This document shows positions 60,014-64,000 of a DNA stretch of 64,000 nt, one piece after another (position 1 is the stretch's first letter; each line of letters opens with the position of its first letter). Origin of the DNA: Myxococcota bacterium (lineage in GTDB: Bacteria > Myxococcota > B64-G9); assembly GCA_022710975.1 (NCBI GenBank), contig JAKLGA010000009.1, forward strand, positions 45,083 to 109,082, read 5' to 3'. Both the position numbers and the translations under genes were made by a program. The notes beneath the pieces were generated by a model. The model did no database searches. It was not told the DNA's origin and was given only the letters and a program-made list of their open reading frames with translations.

Positions 60014-60062
60014 GCGATCCGCCCCGCGGCTGCGCCCCCCGCCAGGTCGGGCTGCGCCCGGG

Positions 60063-63000
60063 TCAATAGCGCTGGAACCGGACCGTGTAGCTCTGGCAGA
60101 GGTTGTTCTGGCCGGTGGCCGGCTTCACGCACACGTAGAAGGTGTTGGAGTTGCCGGTCTGGCAGCTGAAACCGCCGCCCGGCAGGGAGTAGCAGGTGGT
60201 CTGGAAGGGCGGCACGCTGTCGACGCACTCCTGGGTCGAGCAGTTCCCTCGCCACACGTTGAGCCTCAGGTTGCCCGGATCCGGGCTGAAGGTGACCTGC
60301 AGGGTGCCGGCGCCCGGGCTCGGCTGGTTGTAGGCCAGCACATAGCAGTCGTTGTCCTCGCGCAGCCCGGTCTTGTAGACCAGCACCCCCGGCCGGTCGA
60401 CGATCATGCTGCCCGGACCGATGGTGCCCACGTTGTAGGGGCTGTTGGCGCAGGTGTCGCCCACGTCGCTGGTGTCGATGCACTCGCAGCCGTTCGGGTT
60501 CAGCCCGTCGACGTTCCAGGTACCGGCGTTGCAGGACTGCACCACGCAGGCGCTCGACACGCAGGCCTCGGTGGCGTTGGGGAGGTTGCAGACGTTGCCG
60601 CAGAAGCCGCAGTGGTTCACGCTGACGGTGACGTCGGTCTCGCACCCGTTGACCGGGTTGCTGTCGCACGAGTCCCAGCCGGTGTCACAGGATGGGCTGC
60701 ACACGCTGCCGAAGCAGGTCGTGGTGCCGTGGGGGTTGCTGCAGACGGTGGCGCAGCTCCCGCAGTGGCCCACGTCGTTGGTGGTGTTGATCTCGCAGCC
60801 GTTGGCCCGGTTCGAGTCGCAGGTGTCGAACCCCGGGCTGCAGCTGGCGAAGTCGCAGGAGCCCGCGTTGCAGTAGGTGCCCGTCGCGTTCACCACCTGG
60901 GTGGTGCAGTTGATCCGACCGGCGCAGGTGGTGCCGCAGGCGCTGACCGCGTTGAGGTCGGCCTCGCAGCCGTTCGGCCGGCTGCCGTCGCAGTCGCCGT
61001 AGCCGCCGACGCAGGCGCCGTAGTCGCACACGCCCCCCAGGCACGTCTGGCCGGTCGCGTGCTGGGTGGTCGCGTTGCAGTTCACCCGGCTGGCGCAGGT
61101 CCCGCCGCAGCCGTCGACCAGCCAGATGTTGGTCTCGCAGCCGTTGGCGGCGTTGCCGTCGCAGTCCCCCCAGCCGTTGAGGCACGCGGTGTAGCCGCAG
61201 GTGCCGTTGCCGCAGGTGATGCCCGAGGCGTGCAGCACCGTGAGGTTGCAGTTGACCCGGGCGCCGCAGCTCGGGCCGCAGGAGGCCACCTGCCAGATGT
61301 TGGTCTCGCAGCCGTTGGCCTCGTTCGCGTCGCAGTCGCCGAAGCTCGGGTTGCAGGTGGTGTAGTCGCAGGCGCCGCCGTTGCAGGACTTGCCGCTGGC
61401 GTTCTGCACCTCGCTGTTGCAGTCCACCCGGTTCAGGCAGGTCGTGCCGCAGGAGTTGGTCTGCCAGATGTTCAGCTCGCAGCCGTTGGCGCGGTTCGAG
61501 TCGCAGTTGCCGAAGCCTCCGTCGCAGGTGGTGTAGTCGCAGGCGCCGCTGGCGCAGGTCTCACCCGAGGCGTTCAGCACCTGGGTGGTGCAGTTGACCC
61601 GGTTCAGGCAGGTGGTGCCGCAGGAGCTGGTCTGCCAGATGTTCAGCTCGCAGCCGTTGGCGCGGTTCGCGTCGCAGCTGTCGTACCCGGGGTCGCACAG
61701 GCCGAAGTCGCACACGCCGCTCGCGCAGGTCTCGCCCGAGGCGTGCTGCACCTGGAGGGTGCAGTCGACCCGGCCCGCGCAGGCCAGCCCGCAGGCGCCG
61801 GGCAGCCACAGGTCGGTCTCGCAGCCGTTGGTGGGGTCGCCGTCGCAGTCGCCCCAGCCCGGGCTGCAGCTGGTGTAGCCGCAGGCGCCGCCGGTGCAGG
61901 TGAGCCCGGTGGCGTGTTGCACCTGGGTGCCGCAGTTGACGCGGGTGGCGCAGGTCGAGCCGCAGGAGGCCACCTGCCAGATGTTCACCTCGCAGCCGTT
62001 GGTGCGGTTCGCGTCGCAGTCGCCGAAGCCTGCGTTGCAGGTGGTGTAGTTGCAGGCGCCGCTGGCGCAGCTCTTGCCGGTGGCGTTCTGCACCTCGCTG
62101 TTGCAGTCCAGGCGGCTCCCGCAGGTGGTGCCGCAGGAGTTGGTCTGCCAGATGTTGGCCTCGCAGCCGTTGGTGCGGTTCGAGTCGCAGCTGTCGAAGC
62201 CCGGGTCGCAGGCGCTGAAGTCGCACAGGCCGCTGGCGCAGCTCTCGCCCGAGGCGTTCAGCACCTGGGTGCTGCAGTTGACCCGGGTCGCGCAGCTCGG
62301 ACCGCAGGAGGTGAGCTGCCAGATGCTGGCCTCGCAGCCGTTGGTGCGATCTGCGTCGCAGTCGCCGAAGCTCGCGTCGCAGGTGGTGTAGTTGCAGGCG
62401 CCGGACGAGCAGCTCTCGCCCGAGGCGTTCAGCACCTGGGTGTTGCAGTTGACCCGGTTGCCGCAGGCGGTCCCGCAGGCCGCGGTCTGCCACAGGTTGG
62501 CCTCGCAGCCGTTGGTGCGGTTGCCCTCGCAGTCGCCGAAGCCGGTGTTGCAGGACAGGTACTCGCACAGGCCGCTGGCGCAGGAGGGGCCGACCGCGTT
62601 CAGCACCTGGGTGCTGCAGTTGACCCGGCCGGCGCAGGTCAGGCCGCAGGAGGTGGTCTGCCAGATGTTGGCCTCGCAGCCGTTCGGCCGGCTCGCGTCG
62701 CAGTCGCCGAAGCCCGAGTCGCAGCTAGGGCTGCACAGGCCGACGAGGCACTCGTTCGTGCCGTGCACGGCCAGGCAGGTGGTGGCGCAGTCGCCGCAGT
62801 GGGTCTCGTCCGAGGCCGTGTTGGTCTCGCAGCCCGGGCTGGGGGTGCAGTCGCCCCAGTCCGGGTTGCAGCTCAGCACCTGGCAGCTGCCCGAGGCGCA
62901 GGTCGCGGTGGCGTTGGGCAGGCTGCAGCCGGTGTTGCAGGCGGCGCAGTGCACCATGGTGTTGAGCTGCTGCTCGCAGCCGTTGGAGCGATCGTTGTCG

Positions 63001-64000
63001 CAGCTGCCGAAGCCCGAGACGCACTGGTTGAAGTCGCACGCGCCGCTGGCGCAGGCGGTGCCGGTGGCGTGCAGCACCTGGGTGGTGCAGTCGACCCGGC
63101 CCGCGCAGGTCAGGCCGCAGGAGGTGGTCTGCCAGATGTTGGCCTCGCAGCCGGTGGGGACGAGCCCGTCGCAGTTGCCCCAGCCCTGCTCGCACCCGTC
63201 CAGCGCGCAGCCCGCGGGTGCGCAGTGCTCGCTGGCGTGGTCGAGCGCGCAGATCACGCCACAGCCGCCGCAGTTCGCCTCGTCGCCGGTGAGATCCACG
63301 CAGCTCTGGCCGCAGCAGGCCAGCGGCAGCTGGCAGTCGAGCGCGCCGCCGCCGCAGCGGCACAGGCCGTTGAGGCAGCCCTCGTTCGGGTCGCACAGCG
63401 TGTCGCAGTCGCCGCAGTGCTGCTCCTCGGTCAGGGGATCGAAGCAGCTCGCGCCGCAGCAGATCTCCTGCGCGCTGCAGTCGGCGCCGGTGCCGCCGCA
63501 GGCGCAGCCGCCGTCCTCGCAGCTCTCGCCCGCCTGGCAGGCGGTGGCGCAGTCGCCGCAGTGCTCCTCGTCGCTGAGCGGATCGATGCAGTCGATGCCG
63601 CAGCACAGCTGCAGCGCGTTGCAGTCCGGGCCGACGCCGCCGCACAGGCACAGGCCGTCCGTGCAGGACTCGGCCGGATCGGAGCAGGGCAGCCCGCAGC
63701 CGCCGCAGTTCGCCTCGTCGATGTCGGTGTTGGTCTCGCAGCCGTTGGGCTCCAGGCCGTCGCAGTCGATGAAGGGCGGGGCGCACTCGCCCGGAGTGCA
63801 CACCCCCGCCACGCACAGGGCCGGCGCGTTGGGGAAGGTGCACACGTTCCCGCAGCCGTTGCAGTTCTCGGGGTCCGCCTCGAGGTTCCGCTCGCAGCCG
63901 TTGACGTCCTGGCCATCGCAGTCGTCCCAGGGCGCCTCGCACTGGAGCACCCGGCAGGCGCTGGCGACGCACTCGGCGCTGGCGTGGAACAGGCTGCAGA
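60063..64000 (-). CDS. giant secreted Cys-rich repeat protein (5' end outside window)
   Basis: More than 1310 codons. Frame stays open from the track start (63950) to the window edge. At least 13 tandem copies of a 56-aa, 8-Cys module (NGCExNIWQTxSCGxTCxxRVxCxTQVxNAxGxxCxxGxCxYxxCxxGFGDCDxNR). N-terminal 48-aa Cys/Gly modules. Non-repetitive beta-rich C-terminal domain of about 225 aa. Confidence 0.8.
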   Translation of the reverse strand, partial: CSLFHASAECVASACRVLQCEAPWDDCDGQDVNGCERNLEADPENCNGCGNVCTFPNAPALCVAGVCTPGECAPPFIDCDGLEPNGCETNTDIDEANCGGCGLPCSDPAESCTDGLCLCGGVGPDCNALQLCCGIDCIDPLSDEEHCGDCATACQAGESCEDGGCACGGTGADCSAQEICCGASCFDPLTEEQHCGDCDTLCDPNEGCLNGLCRCGGGALDCQLPLACCGQSCVDLTGDEANCGGCGVICALDHASEHCAPAGCALDGCEQGWGNCDGLVPTGCEANIWQTTSCGLTCAGRVDCTTQVLHATGTACASGACDFNQCVSGFGSCDNDRSNGCEQQLNTMVHCAACNTGCSLPNATATCASGSCQVLSCNPDWGDCTPSPGCETNTASDETHCGDCATTCLAVHGTNECLVGLCSPSCDSGFGDCDASRPNGCEANIWQTTSCGLTCAGRVNCSTQVLNAVGPSCASGLCEYLSCNTGFGDCEGNRTNGCEANLWQTAACGTACGNRVNCNTQVLNASGESCSSGACNYTTCDASFGDCDADRTNGCEASIWQLTSCGPSCATRVNCSTQVLNASGESCASGLCDFSACDPGFDSCDSNRTNGCEANIWQTNSCGTTCGSRLDCNSEVQNATGKSCASGACNYTTCNAGFGDCDANRTNGCEVNIWQVASCGSTCATRVNCGTQVQHATGLTCTGGACGYTSCSPGWGDCDGDPTNGCETDLWLPGACGLACAGRVDCTLQVQHASGETCASGVCDFGLCDPGYDSCDANRANGCELNIWQTSSCGTTCLNRVNCTTQVLNASGETCASGACDYTTCDGGFGNCDSNRANGCELNIWQTNSCGTTCLNRVDCNSEVQNASGKSCNGGACDYTTCNPSFGDCDANEANGCETNIWQVASCGPSCGARVNCNLTVLHASGITCGNGTCGYTACLNGWGDCDGNAANGCETNIWLVDGCGGTCASRVNCNATTQHATGQTCLGGVCDYGACVGGYGDCDGSRPNGCEADLNAVSACGTTCAGRINCTTQVVNATGTYCNAGSCDFASCSPGFDTCDSNRANGCEINTTNDVGHCGSCATVCSNPHGTTTCFGSVCSPSCDTGWDSCDSNPVNGCETDVTVSVNHCGFCGNVCNLPNATEACVSSACVVQSCNAGTWNVDGLNPNGCECIDTSDVGDTCANSPYNVGTIGPGSMIVDRPGVLVYKTGLREDNDCYVLAYNQPSPGAGTLQVTFSPDPGNLRLNVWRGNCSTQECVDSVPPFQTTCYSLPGGGFSCQTGNSNTFYVCVKPATGQNNLCQSYTVRFQRY
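60740..63190 (-). repeat. in-frame tandem coding repeats, period 168 bp (56 codons), at least 13 copies
   Basis: For example GGTCTGCCAGATGTTCAGCTCGCAGCCGTTGGCGCGGTTCG recurs at 61461 and 61629 (plus strand), 168 bp apart. Copies are divergent, not identical. Confidence 0.8.
63236..63668 (-). repeat. second repeat class in the same gene: about 48-codon Cys/Gly-rich modules, 3 copies
   Basis: [88 protein letters not shown] and [44 protein letters not shown]. Coordinates approximate. Confidence 0.5.

Noticed and set aside
61561-62568. Alternative-frame ORFs inside the giant repeat gene (61561..62568, 62725..63972 and plus-strand ORFs)
   Set aside because: Arg/Leu/Gly-rich translations produced by the same 168-bp repeats in other frames. 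The Cys-module frame is the only one with conserved periodic residues.

Overview
High-GC (about 70%), gene-dense chromosomal segment, most likely from a Myxococcota-type genome (inferred from codon bias and gene content rich in lipoproteins, Cys-rich repeat proteins, TPR proteins and Ser/Thr kinases). I resolve 47 protein-coding genes. I found no rRNA, tRNA, CRISPR array or transposase/integrase by eye. Because of the GC bias, many long ORFs in the track are antisense or out-of-frame artefacts (Arg/Gly/Ala/Pro-rich) and were rejected. All family calls are from motif recognition by eye, not from database searches. Recognisable genes include typA, ettA, ada, glgX, panE-like, plsC-like, a GlpT/UhpC-type transporter, a GH31 hydrolase, a prolyl oligopeptidase and a class-III aminotransferase. 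Most interesting candidates: (1) a six-gene minus-strand cluster (954-9657) coupling two secreted Ntn-hydrolases, an outer-membrane barrel, a DUF819 membrane protein and a sphingosine-1-phosphate-lyase-like PLP enzyme; (2) a cNMP-binding Ser/Thr kinase translationally coupled to an AAA+ ATPase (28419-31299); (3) a lower-GC islet (about 50.3-53.5 kb) with two tandem paralogous lipoprotein genes sharing a conserved TGGTACAAT-N6-ATG module; (4) a giant Cys-rich secreted protein built from 168-bp tandem coding repeats (60063 to beyond the window end); (5) a DUF433/DUF5615 toxin-antitoxin-like pair.
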